Shown piece by piece: positions 1 to 10,609 of a DNA stretch of 64,000 bases. The translations under genes were made by a program, and so were the position numbers. The DNA is taken from contig CAVSDR010000002.1 of NCBI GenBank assembly GCA_963726745.1, positions 96,001 through 160,000 of the forward strand, in the 5' to 3' direction. This DNA is from an uncultured Verrucomicrobiae bacterium (lineage in GTDB: Bacteria; Verrucomicrobiota; Verrucomicrobiia; Chthoniobacterales; UBA10450). Within the stretch, counting starts at the first letter, position 1. Each line of letters opens with the position of its first letter. The notes beneath the pieces were generated by a model. That model did not search any database. It was not told where the DNA came from and saw only the letters and a list, made by a program, of their open reading frames with translations.

Positions 1-1233
1 GTCGATCAGGTATTCGAAAAGCGCGCGCAGGTTCGGCGCGACCTCGATCTTCTTCGCCGTGATCAAGGCGCCGCTGGCGTCGTCGATCATCGGGTAGACG
101 TAAAGCTTGAGCCCGCTCTTAAACATTCGCCCGAGCGCCTCAAGGATGCCGCCCTCGAGGTTCAGGTAATATTTCTCGTCGAAGATCTCGAGCAATGAGG
201 GCACACCCATGACCAGGCCGATCATCTTGTTCGTGTAACGCGAGAGATAGGCCGCGAGCCGGTAGTATTCGCCAAACTTCGAGATCAAGACCGTGCGCCC
301 GAGCGACCCCAGGATGTCGACCCGCGCGAGGAAATCGGCGTGGTTCAGTTGCCCTTCCGAGAGCAAATTTTCCAGCGTCATCTCCATGAGCACGATCGTC
401 TCTTCCTCGGAATACTTGTGCTGCTCGAGGAAAACGCGGCGCGCGCCGTTGAGCATGTCGTTGGTCGCGTAGGTCACCGGGCGGAAGCTGCCGCGCTCCA
501 CGATGATCGCTTTTTTGTAGAAGACTTCCGCCGGCTGCACCGTCTCGCCCTGCGGGTCGAACATGATCGCGTTCGTCAGGCCCTGGCTCACCAGCTGCAG
601 GCTCATGAGGCGATTGTCCACCTGCGCATAGGCCGGGCCGGAAAACTTGATCATGTCCACCTGGATACGATTCTCCGCCAGGTTCTCCTGGAGCGAGGCG
701 ATCAGCTTCTCCGGCTGCTGATGGTAGAACGCGCCGTAGACCAGGTTAACCCCGACGACGCCGAGCGCTTCCTGCTGGTCGACGTTGGCCTCGTCGAGCA
801 TGCGCACGTGGACGATGATCTGGCTCGGTTCGCCGCGCGTTTCCGTCTGGAAACGCACCCCCAGCCAGCCGTGCGATTCATTGTGCTGCTTAAAACTCCG
901 TGCGGCCACGGTGTCGGCAAAAACGAAGAAGGTTCGCTCGCTGCCGAGCTTTGCGTCCAGACGCTCGACCAGCAGATTGTATTCGTGGTCGAGCATGCGC
1001 GTGAGCCGTCCGCGGCTCACGTAGCGGTCGGCGGTCCCGTAGATCGCATCGCTGAAAGTCATGTCGTAGGCCGACATGGTTTTCGCGATCGTCCCGGCGG
1101 CGCCGCCCACGTGAAAGAAACGCCGTGCGACTTCCTGCCCCGCGCCGATCTCCGCGAAAGTCCCGTATTTCTTCAGGTCGAGATTGATCTGGAACGCCTT
1201 CTTGTTGGTTCCGACATCCATCTCCGCGTTCAT
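1..1233 (-). CDS. Conserved protein of unclear function (family variously labelled nicotinate-nucleotide adenylyltransferase-like or TonB-dependent receptor); runs off the window edge
   Basis: Own translation from ATG at 1233: MNAEMDVGTNKKAFQINLDLKKYGTFAEIGAGQEVARRFFHVGGAAGTIAKTMSAYDMTFSDAIYG...; still in frame at position 1 (..KKIEVAPNLRALFEYLID). Not in the ORF track because it lacks a stop. Confidence 0.8.
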   Translation of the reverse strand, partial: MNAEMDVGTNKKAFQINLDLKKYGTFAEIGAGQEVARRFFHVGGAAGTIAKTMSAYDMTFSDAIYGTADRYVSRGRLTRMLDHEYNLLVERLDAKLGSERTFFVFADTVAARSFKQHNESHGWLGVRFQTETRGEPSQIIVHVRMLDEANVDQQEALGVVGVNLVYGAFYHQQPEKLIASLQENLAENRIQVDMIKFSGPAYAQVDNRLMSLQLVSQGLTNAIMFDPQGETVQPAEVFYKKAIIVERGSFRPVTYATNDMLNGARRVFLEQHKYSEEETIVLMEMTLENLLSEGQLNHADFLARVDILGSLGRTVLISKFGEYYRLAAYLSRYTNKMIGLVMGVPSLLEIFDEKYYLNLEGGILEALGRMFKSGLKLYVYPMIDDASGALITAKKIEVAPNLRALFEYLID

Positions 1234-1264
1234 AGGCGGACCATGCCGGACAACGCCGCGCTTC

Positions 1265-2316
1265 TCAACCGGCCGGCTCAGGAATCTCGATCGTGGCCGG
1301 CTCCTCCGGAATCGCGGCAGGAATTTCGAGCCCGAAACGCCGGGCCACTTCGGGCGCGTAACGCTGGAGATCGCGCCGGAGCCGCAGGAGCGCGAGATCC
1401 TTTGATTTCGCTTCCAGCATGACGTCAAACTCCAGGCCTGCGAGCGCGCGCATCATCGCGATGAACTCAAAGGGCTGGCAAAAATCCGCGTGCCCGGTCC
1501 AGACCGGCGGCTGGAGCACGAGCTTCGTCTTTCGGCTGCCGCGCACCTTGCGCTTGAGCAGACGCAGCTCCGTCCGGGGCGAGGAAAAGTGAAGTTTCGG
1601 CCGCACGCCGCGCGGCCAACTGCGGAGGAATTGCTCCACCGTCGGGCGCAGTTCGAGCTGCTCGGGGTTGAGGCAGCAGAAGTGTTGATGATCGAAGACG
1701 AGGGGCACGCCGCAGGCCTGGTGAATCCGCAAGACTTCCGCCGCGCTGTAGCGCAGATCGTCATTTTCCAAGACAAGTCGCTGTCTAATTTCCGGCGAAA
1801 GCCGGCGGTAGGTTTCAATCCAGCGTGCGCTGCCCGAGGCAACATCGCCATAGGTCCCACCGGCATGGACGATCAAGACCGCTTCAGGCCCCAACCCCAT
1901 CAGATCGAGCATGCGCGTCTGCGCCGTGAGATCAGCAATGCTCTTTTCCACCAACACCGGGTCCGGGCTGTTCAAGACGATGAACTGCGACGGATGAAAC
2001 GAGAGCCGCAGCCCGCTGCCGTCGCGCGCGCGCCCCGAGCGCGGCCAGTTCCTCCGCGCATTCCTCGATCATGCCGTGGAACTGCGGCATCTCCGGATGC
2101 GTCGCATACGGCGCGATGTCCGAAGACATCCGGTAGACCCGGATGGCGTTGGCCTCGAGGTAATCGAAGATCTTCGCCAGATAACCGAGCGAAACGCGCA
2201 GGTGCGGCTCCTTGTTGCCAGCGCCGGCTGTCGTTACTCTTCAGCCCGGGCGCGCCCAGCACTTTGACGGCGAAGCCAAGCTCGAGCGGCGCGGCGGCTT
2301 TGGCTTTTTTCGGCAA
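1265..2316 (-). CDS. uvsE: UV DNA damage endonuclease (UvsE/UVDE family), split by about 2 frameshifts
   Basis: Three ORF pieces join: LGFAVKVLG..., MSSDIAPYATHP..., and HAGGTYGD...LVLENDD...VFDHQH...PKLHFSS...HADF...DVMLEAKSKDLAL. Confidence 0.85.
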
Positions 2317-2319
2317 AAT

Positions 2320-3052
2320 CTAGAGACGCACGCGTTCCGCGCTCTCCGCCGGGATCCAGCCGCGGAGGTCGTTTGGCAAGCACGGCGTAACTCCAGCCGC
2401 CGCGGGTGCTCAGGATTTTCACTTCGCTTCCCGGCGGCAAAGTGAGAACCGTTCCGGCGCTTTCCGCCGTCGCCAGGCGCGCATCGACTTGCTTCCCCAC
2501 GATGATCGCCAGCCCGCGGCCGTTTGGCCCCTGCTCGAGTGCGTAGAGCCCGTAGCCCGCGCCCGCGAAAAGCGCGAGCCCAAGCAGGCAGCCCACGACC
2601 GCCAACGCCGAACGCCGGAAGAGAAACCAACCCGCAAGCGCGAAGACCGCGAGCCAAAAACCGAGCGCGGCCACACTCGCGAGCATCGTCGGCGAGGTCC
2701 GGGCGAGCGCTTGCTCCAGGCGATTCCCGCGCAGCTCCAGCGCGCGCGCTTTCTCGCGCACCAGGCGCAGATTCGCGACCGCTTCCGGTTGCTGCGGCTC
2801 GAGCGCGAGCGCGCGCTCGTAGTTCAAGATCGCCGCGCCCAATTCATTAAGCCGGTAATGGGCATTGCCGAGATTATAGAAGAGGGCCGCGCTGGTTTCG
2901 CCGGCTTCGACCAATTGGGTGTAACCCGAGACCGCGGCCCGGAAGTCGCCGGCCGCATATTTCGCATTCGCTTCCGCCCAGCGATCCTGCGCTTGGGCCT
3001 GGGAAGCGGCGAGAAAAAGGAGGCCAATGAAAATTAGCCAGCGACTTCTCAT
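2320..3052 (-). CDS. batE: BatE-like TPR plus SH3 membrane protein (frameshift near 2378)
   Basis: Signal peptide, TPR (YNLGNAHYRLNELGAAILNYERAL), TM helices; shifted frame gives LPNDLRGWIPAESAERVRL* ending at 2320. Confidence 0.75.
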
Positions 3053-4915
3053 GACCGCAGTTCCTCCACCAGCGCGCGGATTTCTTCGCGTCGTTCGGCG
3101 GAGAGCTCCGCCCCGCCGTTGCGCCCACCGCTGTAGCGCAGCTCATCGCTTTCGGCGAACAAGCGCTGCAGCCGCATCCGTTGGTCCGCATTTGCCTGGA
3201 ACGCCTCCGCTGCCACCTCGGCATCCACCGCATCGGGATCGACCTCGCGCGCGAGCGCGGTCTTCAATTGCACCGCGCGCGCCGCGCTGGCGACATACTC
3301 GCGCGGGCTTTCGCCATTGCGCCGCAGCTTCCGCTGCAACTCCGCGGCTTCCTGCTGCAGCCGCGCGATGCGCTGCGCGGCGCGATTCCCGGCGCGAGCC
3401 TGGCGCATTTTCCAACCGACCAAGCCCGCGAGCGCGAGCAGCGGCAAAAGCTGCGCCGCCCAGAAGGCCGGACGTTGATAAATCGGCGTAAAACTCTCGG
3501 GATGCGCGGGACGCTCGGCCAGTTGGTAGAGGATGTCCTGCTCGGTTTTTGCCGGCGCGGGGATGGCTGGAGGTTGCTGGCTATTTGGCGACGCGGAAGC
3601 AACCGCGGGCGTGGGCGTGGAAAGGGGCGCGCCTTCGATCTGCAGCGGGATTGGGTCGCTCTTGAGCGCGACGTAAGTCTCCTTGATCGGGTCAAAGAAG
3701 GCAAAGCTGACCGGCGGCAGTTGCGTCTTCCGCTCCTTTGCGCTCAGCACGGTCTCAAACGTCTTGGTGCCGCTAATCCCGACGTCGTCGTCCTGCTTAA
3801 ACTTGTCGGAAGGCGGATAGCTGTGCCAACCCTCGTCATTCGTTAGGCTGGGCGCGGTCACGCGGTCGAAATTGCCGCGGCCATTGATCGTGGAGACGAC
3901 CGTGATCGGGTCGCCCACCTGCGCTTTCTTCGGATTGGCCTCGGTCTTGAGGCTGAAGTTGCCGACCGCGCCGGAGAATCCCGCGGGCGCGTTCGGAGGC
4001 AGCGCTTTCACTTCCAGGGTCGTGCCTTCGCTTTGCAGTTTCACCTCGCGCGGAATCGAAGGGGCGAAGGCCGGGATCGTTGAAAAATTGGTTAAAGAAA
4101 GGGTCGTCAAACATGTCGCGCGGGACCGCCGGATTCCGTCCGGGGCGGGCCACGCGCACCGTGGGATTGATCTCTGCCGGGCCGATCTCCAATTGTCCCG
4201 CGCGCACCGGCGAGATCGCGGTATTGAAGATGAAGACCTGGTAAGTGCGGCCGTTCACCGTCTCCATCGTCTGCCGCGGCTCGGTCATCTTTTGGGTGGT
4301 GAAGCCTTGTCCGGAAATTTGCACCCCGCTGCCTAACGACTCCACCGGCGCGCGCGTATTCAGCCCCACGCGCACCTGCACCGGGATCATCTCGCCGATG
4401 TAGGCGTTCTGCTTCGGCAGGATCATTTCCACGAAGCCGATCTGCGACGGATCGATCTTCACGTCGCGGCCGGCGTTGCTGTTCCCGCCGCCGCCGCGCG
4501 GGCCGCGCGAACTCTGCGCGCCCTGCGAATTAGCCACGTTTAAGGTCAGCTCCGGCGTCTGCAGAGTCTGGCCGCCGGCCTCCACTCGCTGCGGCGGGAT
4601 GCGGAAGGTGCCCGGTTTTAGGGGCATGATCGTGTAGCTAAAGGTGAAGCTGTAGCTCACGCTGAAATTCCGCATCTCATACTGCCGCGAAGTCCCGGCC
4701 GCGCGGATGTCGAGGCCGTCGATCGTGATCTCACCGGGCGGCCGGGGATTTGAGGTGCCGGTCACTTGAATCTGCAATTGCACCGGACGTCCGACGACCG
4801 TTTCGCTCTCGGTCAGGACCGCGGTCACACTCGGGTTTTCCGCCCGCGCCGGGGCGAGCCACGTCCAGCAGACGAGCGCGACCAAAAGCGGGATGCGGGT
4901 GCGAGTGAACATCAT
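3049..4915 (-). CDS. batD: BatD family protein (frameshift near 4065)
   Basis: ORFs 3836-4933 and 3049-4110 overlap; motifs PGTFRIPP, LEVKALP, FSGAVGNF, FFDP; position in Bat cluster. Confidence 0.8.
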
Positions 4916-4957
4916 CTTCTCATCAACTATCAACGCGGCGGCATCAACTCAGCCGGC

Positions 4958-7105
4958 CTACCAGTCCTTATAGACACGGCGTACCGCCTTGCGTTCATCG
5001 AGCTGCACGCGGGCTTCCTCGTCTTTCATCGAACGGAGCAAGCGCTCGGCTTGTTGGGCGTTCATCGTGCCCTCTTCGGTCGGTTCGGCTTCGGCGGCTG
5101 ACTCTTCCTTCGGCGGTTCCTTCGGTTGCTCTTCGCCCGCGCCTTTTACGTCGCCGCTCGGCTTTTTGTCCGGGGTCCCGGAAGGCGTCGCGGTCGGAGT
5201 GGGCTGCTCGCCGCCCTCGCCATTCTCGCCTTCGCCAGGTGACGGCGTGGGCGAGGCGCCCTGCTGATCTTGGCCCGGAGAAGGCGAGGGGCTGGCGCCA
5301 TTTTCGCCTGGGCTGGGGCTGGGCGACGCGCCGCTTTCGCCGGGGGATGGCGAAGGTGAAGGCGTCGGCTGATTTTCGCCGGGGCTGGGAGAAGGCGACG
5401 GGCTGGGCGATTGGCCCGGTTGGTTTTGTTGCGGCTGTTTTTGATCCTGCCCTTCGCCAGATTGGTCCTTTTGCTCCTGCTGCTTCTCTTTGTCCTGATC
5501 CTGCTTTTGCTGATCCTGCGGCTGCTGCTTCTGGTCCTTGTTTTTGTCGTCTTTCTTCTGGTCTTTGGGCGAGGGAGAAGGGGAGGGCGACGGAGTGGGC
5601 GTGGGCGTGGGCGTCGGCTTTTGTTCCTCTTCCCGCTTCAGCTCTTCGATCTTCTTTTTGACGTAGTCGCGATTCTCCTGCGCTTCCTTGTTCTCGGGCT
5701 GGAGCTTCAGGGTCTGCTCGTAATGCTCGAGGGCGCCGGTCCAATCCTTCAGCTTCGACTCCGGCGTTTTCTGGCCTTCGCCACGCTGGTAAAGCGTGTT
5801 TCCGAGGTTGTAATGACTCTGGCCTTGGAGCTGCAGATCCTTCGAAAGCAACGCCTGGCTAAAGGACTCAAGCGCCTTCCCGTAATCCTTCAATTTGTAA
5901 GCCGCCGCGCCGGCATCGAAGTGCAGCTTGTCGGCCGCGTGCGAATCCGGATGCGCCTCGAGCGTTTGCTGAAAGCGCTGGAGCGCCTCCTGATATTTCT
6001 CGTCGCGATATTCGTCGAGGCCAGGCGCCGCGGCCTGCGCGCCCTGCGCAAAAATAAGCAGCAAGATGGCGCCCGCGAGCGCGCGCTTCGGCTCGCGAGC
6101 GGTCGCGCGCACCGGCCGGCGTTCGCTGATCAAGAGCGACGCCATGAGCGCGAGAATCGCGGCGCCGAGCGGCCATTGATAGCGCTCGATCGGCTGGCGC
6201 GAAGCGCGCGCATCGATCTCCGCCGCCTGCATGTGCGCCAGTCCTTCGTCGTAGAGCCGGCGCATCGTCGCCGGGCCATGCGCCAGCGGTAGGTAAATGC
6301 CGCCGGTCGCTTCCGCGATTTCGCGCAGCCGCTTTTCGTCGAGTTTCGACTTCACCACCTGGCCGCCTTGGTCCTTCACAAACGCAGTCCCGTTCGTCGC
6401 CTGCAGGGGAATCAACGAGCCTTCCGGCGTGCCTACGCCGATTGTGAAAATGCGCACGCCGGCGTCGGCCGCGGCCTTCGCGACCTTGGCGGAATCGCCC
6501 GCAAGCTCCTCGCCATCGGTGAAGACGATCAAGGCGCGATTGCCCACGGCGGATTTGCCGAAGGTCTGGACCGCGAGATCGATCGCCGCGGAGATGTTGG
6601 TCCCGCCTTCCGGGATGATGTTGGTGTCTAATTCAGTCACGGCCTCGGCCGCGGCGCCGTAGTCGATCGTGAGCGGCGCTTGCAGAAACGCGCGCCCGGC
6701 AAACGCGATCAAGCCGACGCGGTCGCCGCGCAGTTCGCCCATCAGATCCTGCACCGCCAGCTTCACCTGCGTGAGGCGATTCGGCGGCACGTCGTTCGCC
6801 AGCATGCTGCGCGAAGTATCGACCGCCACGAGCAGGTCGAGCCCTTTGCGCTTCACCTCCTCGTAGCTGTAGCCGTAGCGCGGCTTGGCCAGACTAACGA
6901 GTGCCAGGCCGATCCCCAGGAGCAACAAGCCGAAGCGGAAAAGCCGGCGTCCGCGGCTGACGGTCGCCCCGAGTTCGCCGAGCAGACGCGGCGAAACAAA
7001 TTGCCGCAAACGCGCCGCGCTGCGCGCTTCTGCCTGCCAGAAGAGGAGCGCGAGCACCGGCAGCAGCAGCAAGCTCCAAAGCCAGAGAGGTGCGCCGAAG
7101 CTCAT
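4958..7105 (-). CDS. batB: VWA-domain plus TPR protein (BatB-BatC fusion) with Gln/Pro/Ser-rich linker
   Basis: MIDAS DTSRSM, VGLIAFAG, FTDGE; TPRs; C-terminal QAERLL...KDW typical of BatC. Confidence 0.8.
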   Translation of the reverse strand: MSFGAPLWLWSLLLLPVLALLFWQAEARSAARLRQFVSPRLLGELGATVSRGRRLFRFGLLLLGIGLALVSLAKPRYGYSYEEVKRKGLDLLVAVDTSRSMLANDVPPNRLTQVKLAVQDLMGELRGDRVGLIAFAGRAFLQAPLTIDYGAAAEAVTELDTNIIPEGGTNISAAIDLAVQTFGKSAVGNRALIVFTDGEELAGDSAKVAKAAADAGVRIFTIGVGTPEGSLIPLQATNGTAFVKDQGGQVVKSKLDEKRLREIAEATGGIYLPLAHGPATMRRLYDEGLAHMQAAEIDARASRQPIERYQWPLGAAILALMASLLISERRPVRATAREPKRALAGAILLLIFAQGAQAAAPGLDEYRDEKYQEALQRFQQTLEAHPDSHAADKLHFDAGAAAYKLKDYGKALESFSQALLSKDLQLQGQSHYNLGNTLYQRGEGQKTPESKLKDWTGALEHYEQTLKLQPENKEAQENRDYVKKKIEELKREEEQKPTPTPTPTPSPSPSPSPKDQKKDDKNKDQKQQPQDQQKQDQDKEKQQEQKDQSGEGQDQKQPQQNQPGQSPSPSPSPSPGENQPTPSPSPSPGESGASPSPSPGENGASPSPSPGQDQQGASPTPSPGEGENGEGGEQPTPTATPSGTPDKKPSGDVKGAGEEQPKEPPKEESAAEAEPTEEGTMNAQQAERLLRSMKDEEARVQLDERKAVRRVYKDW
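5160..5620 (-). repeat. Low-complexity coding repeats (TP)n, (SP)n and Q/K/D-rich tracts in the BatB/C linker
   Basis: PTPTPTPTPSPSPSPSP, SPSPSPSPSPGE, repeated GASPSPSPGE units. Confidence 0.85.
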
Positions 7106-8166
7106 GGCAATTTTTTCCAGATGGTTTGCCCGAGGAGCATCTGTGCAATTAACAGACCGCAGCCCGCGGCGATGCACGCCGGGAAGAGATCGCGATACTC
7201 CTGATATTTGTGCACGCTCACAGTCGACTTCTCGAGCTGGTCGATCTCGCGATAAATTTTCTCGAGCGATTCGGTGTCGGTCGCGCGGTAGAACTTCCCA
7301 TCCGCGATCTGCGCGACCTCCTTCAGGCCCTCCTCGTTGAAATGTACCGGCTGGTTCTGGTAGAGGAGATTGCCGCCGAGATCGGTCAGGAAGCCGCCGC
7401 GCCGATCGGGCACCGGCGCAGGCGCGACGCCGTTGATCCCCGCGCCGATGGCGTAGAAGTGAACCTTGAGCGCCTTGAGCGCTTCCGCCGCGGTCTTCGG
7501 CGGGATTTTGCCGGCATTATTCTCGCCATCAGTCAGCAAGACGAGCACGTGGCTCTTGGACTTTTTGTCGTTCAAACGGCTCGCGGCCGCGGCAATCCCG
7601 GAGCCGATCGCGGTGCCATCTTCGACCAGGCCAATCCGGAGACGGTCGAGGTTTTTCATCAGCCAATCGTGATCCAGGGTCATCGGACTAACGACATAAG
7701 GCCGGCCGGCGAAAGCGATCAGGCCGATGCGATCGTTCGGCCGCGCCTCGATGAATTTCCGCGTCACTTCGCGCACCGCGTCCACCCGCGTCGCCGGATC
7801 GCCGCCGACGGTGAAATCCTTGATCAACATCGAGCCCGAGACGTCGATCGCGAGCATGATGTCGATCCCGCTGGCTTCGACTTGCGTGAGGCTTTTGCCG
7901 AGGCGCGGACGAGCGAGCGCGATGATGAAGCAGGCCAGGCTAACGAACAGCAGCGCGCGCAAAAACTTGCCCGCGCGGCTGGTGCTGCGCTTGCCGAGCC
8001 CGCGCAAGATCGTGGTCGACGAAAAGACGAGCGCCGCGGCCGGGCCACGCTGTCCGCGCAGGTAAGCGAGCAAGGGCAACGTGAGCAACAGCAGCAAGAG
8101 CCACGGCTGCGCGAAGGTCAGGCCGCTGTCCTGCGGCCACCAGGCGCGCCAATCAGGCAGCCGCAA
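7102..8166 (-). CDS. batA: BatA VWA-domain protein
   Basis: FAQPWLLLLL N-terminus, DVSGSM MIDAS, DRIGLIAFAG, GTAIG, LTDGENN. Confidence 0.85.
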   Translation of the reverse strand: MRLPDWRAWWPQDSGLTFAQPWLLLLLLTLPLLAYLRGQRGPAAALVFSSTTILRGLGKRSTSRAGKFLRALLFVSLACFIIALARPRLGKSLTQVEASGIDIMLAIDVSGSMLIKDFTVGGDPATRVDAVREVTRKFIEARPNDRIGLIAFAGRPYVVSPMTLDHDWLMKNLDRLRIGLVEDGTAIGSGIAAAASRLNDKKSKSHVLVLLTDGENNAGKIPPKTAAEALKALKVHFYAIGAGINGVAPAPVPDRRGGFLTDLGGNLLYQNQPVHFNEEGLKEVAQIADGKFYRATDTESLEKIYREIDQLEKSTVSVHKYQEYRDLFPACIAAGCGLLIAQMLLGQTIWKKLP

Positions 8167-8653
8167 GTTGGCCTCCCTTCACGAAACGCATCGCCTCATC
8201 GAGCAAGAGTTCGCTGTCGGCGGTGGTCGCGTCGTAGCGCGCGAACTTGATCAAGTCGCAGCGGTTCAGGAAATCGCCCAGCAGCTCGCGCTCGCCGTCA
8301 TTGAAAGTCCGCGCCTTCGAGATTGCCTCGAGAAATTCCACCGAGGTCTGGCGGGTGATCGGCAGGGCGTATTCCTCGACGACGTAGCGCCGCAGGATAT
8401 CCGAAACGCGGATGCTGAACTCATACGGCGTCTCGCGGGCGATCTCCGGTCGCGCCGCTTCCAGCAACTCGAGCGCGCGCACTCGCGGCGGGCGCGGTGG
8501 AACCGGTTTGCGCTTTCGGCGCAGGAAGGCCCAGACGAGCAACCCGAGAATCGTTAGGCCAACGAAAGCGCCGGCAAACACGACCCACGGCGGCAGGAGC
8601 GAATACTCCACCGGCGGCGCGATATCGTGAAATTCCTGGGCGAGGATGAACAT
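8153..8653 (-). CDS. DUF4381-like membrane protein of Bat operons
   Basis: HDIAPP motif, single TM, DLIKFA; located between DUF58 and batA. Confidence 0.65.
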   Translation of the reverse strand: MFILAQEFHDIAPPVEYSLLPPWVVFAGAFVGLTILGLLVWAFLRRKRKPVPPRPPRVRALELLEAARPEIARETPYEFSIRVSDILRRYVVEEYALPITRQTSVEFLEAISKARTFNDGERELLGDFLNRCDLIKFARYDATTADSELLLDEAMRFVKGGQLAAA

Positions 8654-8668
8654 CTTGCTGGCTAAATT

Positions 8669-9584
8669 TTAGCGGATCGCGAGGCGGCGTTCGCGTTGCT
8701 TGAAGAAAGCGCGCAAGCCCGGGAGGTAATCCTCGCCGGTCTGGAGCGCGATCGTGTCGATGTTGTTCCGGCGCAGGGTGCGCTTCAGATCGGCCGCCTG
8801 CGCTTCGGCTAATTCCGCAGAAATGCCGGCGGAGCGAGCGGTCGCCGGTGTTGATCTCGATCTGCTCGCCGGTCTCGGCGTCCTCGAGCGTGATGATCCC
8901 GATATCAGGCAGCACTTTCTCGCGCTCGTCCTGCACATGGAGCGCGATGAAATCGTGCCGCCGGCCGGTGATCGCGAGCTCGCGCGAGAAGTCGCCCGCC
9001 TGGAAGTCGGAGACGAAAAACACGACCGCGCGACGCGTTTGCACTTTGTTCAAGTATCGCAGCGCCAGCGCCGGATCGGTCCCGCGGCTTTGCGGTTCGA
9101 AGAAGAGAATTTCGCGGATCAAACGGAGCGTGTGCGAGCGGCCTTTCTTCGCCGGGATGTAGAGCTCCACCTGGTCGGTGAAGAGGAGCAGCCCGACCTT
9201 GTCGTTATTCCGGATGGCGCTGAAGGCGAGCAGGCAGGCCACTTCCGCCGCGAGTTCGCGCTTCGATTGCGAGACGCTGCCAAAACTGCCGGAGGCGCTC
9301 ACGTCGACCACGAGCATGACTGTGAGCTCGCGCTCTTCGGTGAACTTTTTCACAAAGGGCACGCCGAGGCGCGCGGTCACATTCCAATCGATCGCGCGAA
9401 TCTCGTCGCCCGGCTGATACTCGCGGACTTCGTCGAAATTCATCCCGCGCCCCTTGAAGACGCTGTGATAATCCCCCGCAAAAACCGTCTGCACCAACCC
9501 GCGGGTCTTGATCTCGAGCGCGCGGATTTTGGCGAGGATTTCGGCGGGCGTCTGCTGGCCTGCGGCGTCGCCGTTTTTCATCAC
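8669..9584 (-). CDS. DUF58 family protein (frameshift near 8826)
   Basis: GDYHSVFKGRGMNFDEVREYQPGDEIRAIDWNVTAR; C-terminus continues in ORF 8669-8938. Confidence 0.9.
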
Positions 9585-10567
9585 GGGACCGGCAAGCCGG
9601 CGAAGATCCGGTCAATGATCGTTTCGCTCGAGATAGTCTCGGCCTCGGCTTCGTAGCTCACGATGATGCGGTGGCGGAGGACGTCGTGGCCGATGCTCTT
9701 CACGTCCTGCGGCGTGACATAGCCGCGGCCGTTGAGGAAGGCGTGCGCGCGCGCCGCGAGAGCGAGGAAGATGGTCGCGCGCGGCGAGGCGCCGTAGCGG
9801 ATGAGGCCGTCGAGTTGCAGGTTGTAGGTCGCCGGTTCGCGCGTGGCCCAGACGACGTCAACGATGTAGTCCTTCACCCGATCGTCGATGTAGATGCTGT
9901 TCACCACCTGGCGGGCGGCGACGATGTCCTTCGGGTCGACCACGGGCGAGACCTGGAGATTCGGCGCGGAGGTGGCCATGAGGTCGAGGATCTGGCGTTC
10001 CTCGGATTTCTGCGGGTAGCCGACGTTAAGCTTCAACATGAAGCGGTCGAGCTGCGCCTCCGGAAGTTGGTAAGTGCCTTCCTGCTCGAGCGGGTTTTGC
10101 GTCGCGAGGACGAGAAAAGGATCGGGCAGGGGATAGCTTTGGTCGCCGAGCGTGACCTGGCGTTCCTGCATCGCCTCGAGGAGCGCGCTCTGCACCTTGG
10201 CCGGCGCGCGGTTGATCTCGTCGGCTAAAATTAAGTTGGAAAAGAGCGGGCCGAACTTGGTGGTGAATTCGCCGCTGCGCGGGTTGTAGATCAAAGTGCC
10301 GACTAAATCCGCGGGCAGGAGATCGGGGGTGAACTGCAACCGCTGAAAGCCGGTCTGGATGGCATTAGCCAGCGTCTTGATCGTGAGCGTCTTCGCCAGG
10401 CCGGGCACGCCCTCGAGCAGGAGGTGGCCATTAGCCAGCAGGCCGAGGAGCAAGCGGTCGACCAGGTATTTCTGGCCAATAACCACGCGGCCGACTTGCT
10501 CGCGCAGCGCAGGAATCCACTGACCGAGCTGCTGCACTTCCTGGGTGATTTCCTGCGTAGATTTCAT
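9581..10567 (-). CDS. moxR: MoxR family AAA+ ATPase
   Basis: LLEGVPGLAKT, QFTPDLLPAD, ADEINRAPAKVQSALLEAMQE, ATQNP. Confidence 0.95.
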   Translation of the reverse strand: MKSTQEITQEVQQLGQWIPALREQVGRVVIGQKYLVDRLLLGLLANGHLLLEGVPGLAKTLTIKTLANAIQTGFQRLQFTPDLLPADLVGTLIYNPRSGEFTTKFGPLFSNLILADEINRAPAKVQSALLEAMQERQVTLGDQSYPLPDPFLVLATQNPLEQEGTYQLPEAQLDRFMLKLNVGYPQKSEERQILDLMATSAPNLQVSPVVDPKDIVAARQVVNSIYIDDRVKDYIVDVVWATREPATYNLQLDGLIRYGASPRATIFLALAARAHAFLNGRGYVTPQDVKSIGHDVLRHRIIVSYEAEAETISSETIIDRIFAGLPVP

Positions 10568-10609
10568 AGAGATGGTTGAGACAGGCGACCGCGCGGAATG
10601 TTCGAATTC

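Noticed and set aside
340..1422. 360-aa plus-strand ORF and many similar long overlapping ORFs
   Set aside because: Antisense shadows of real genes, expected in high-GC DNA; no recognisable motifs.
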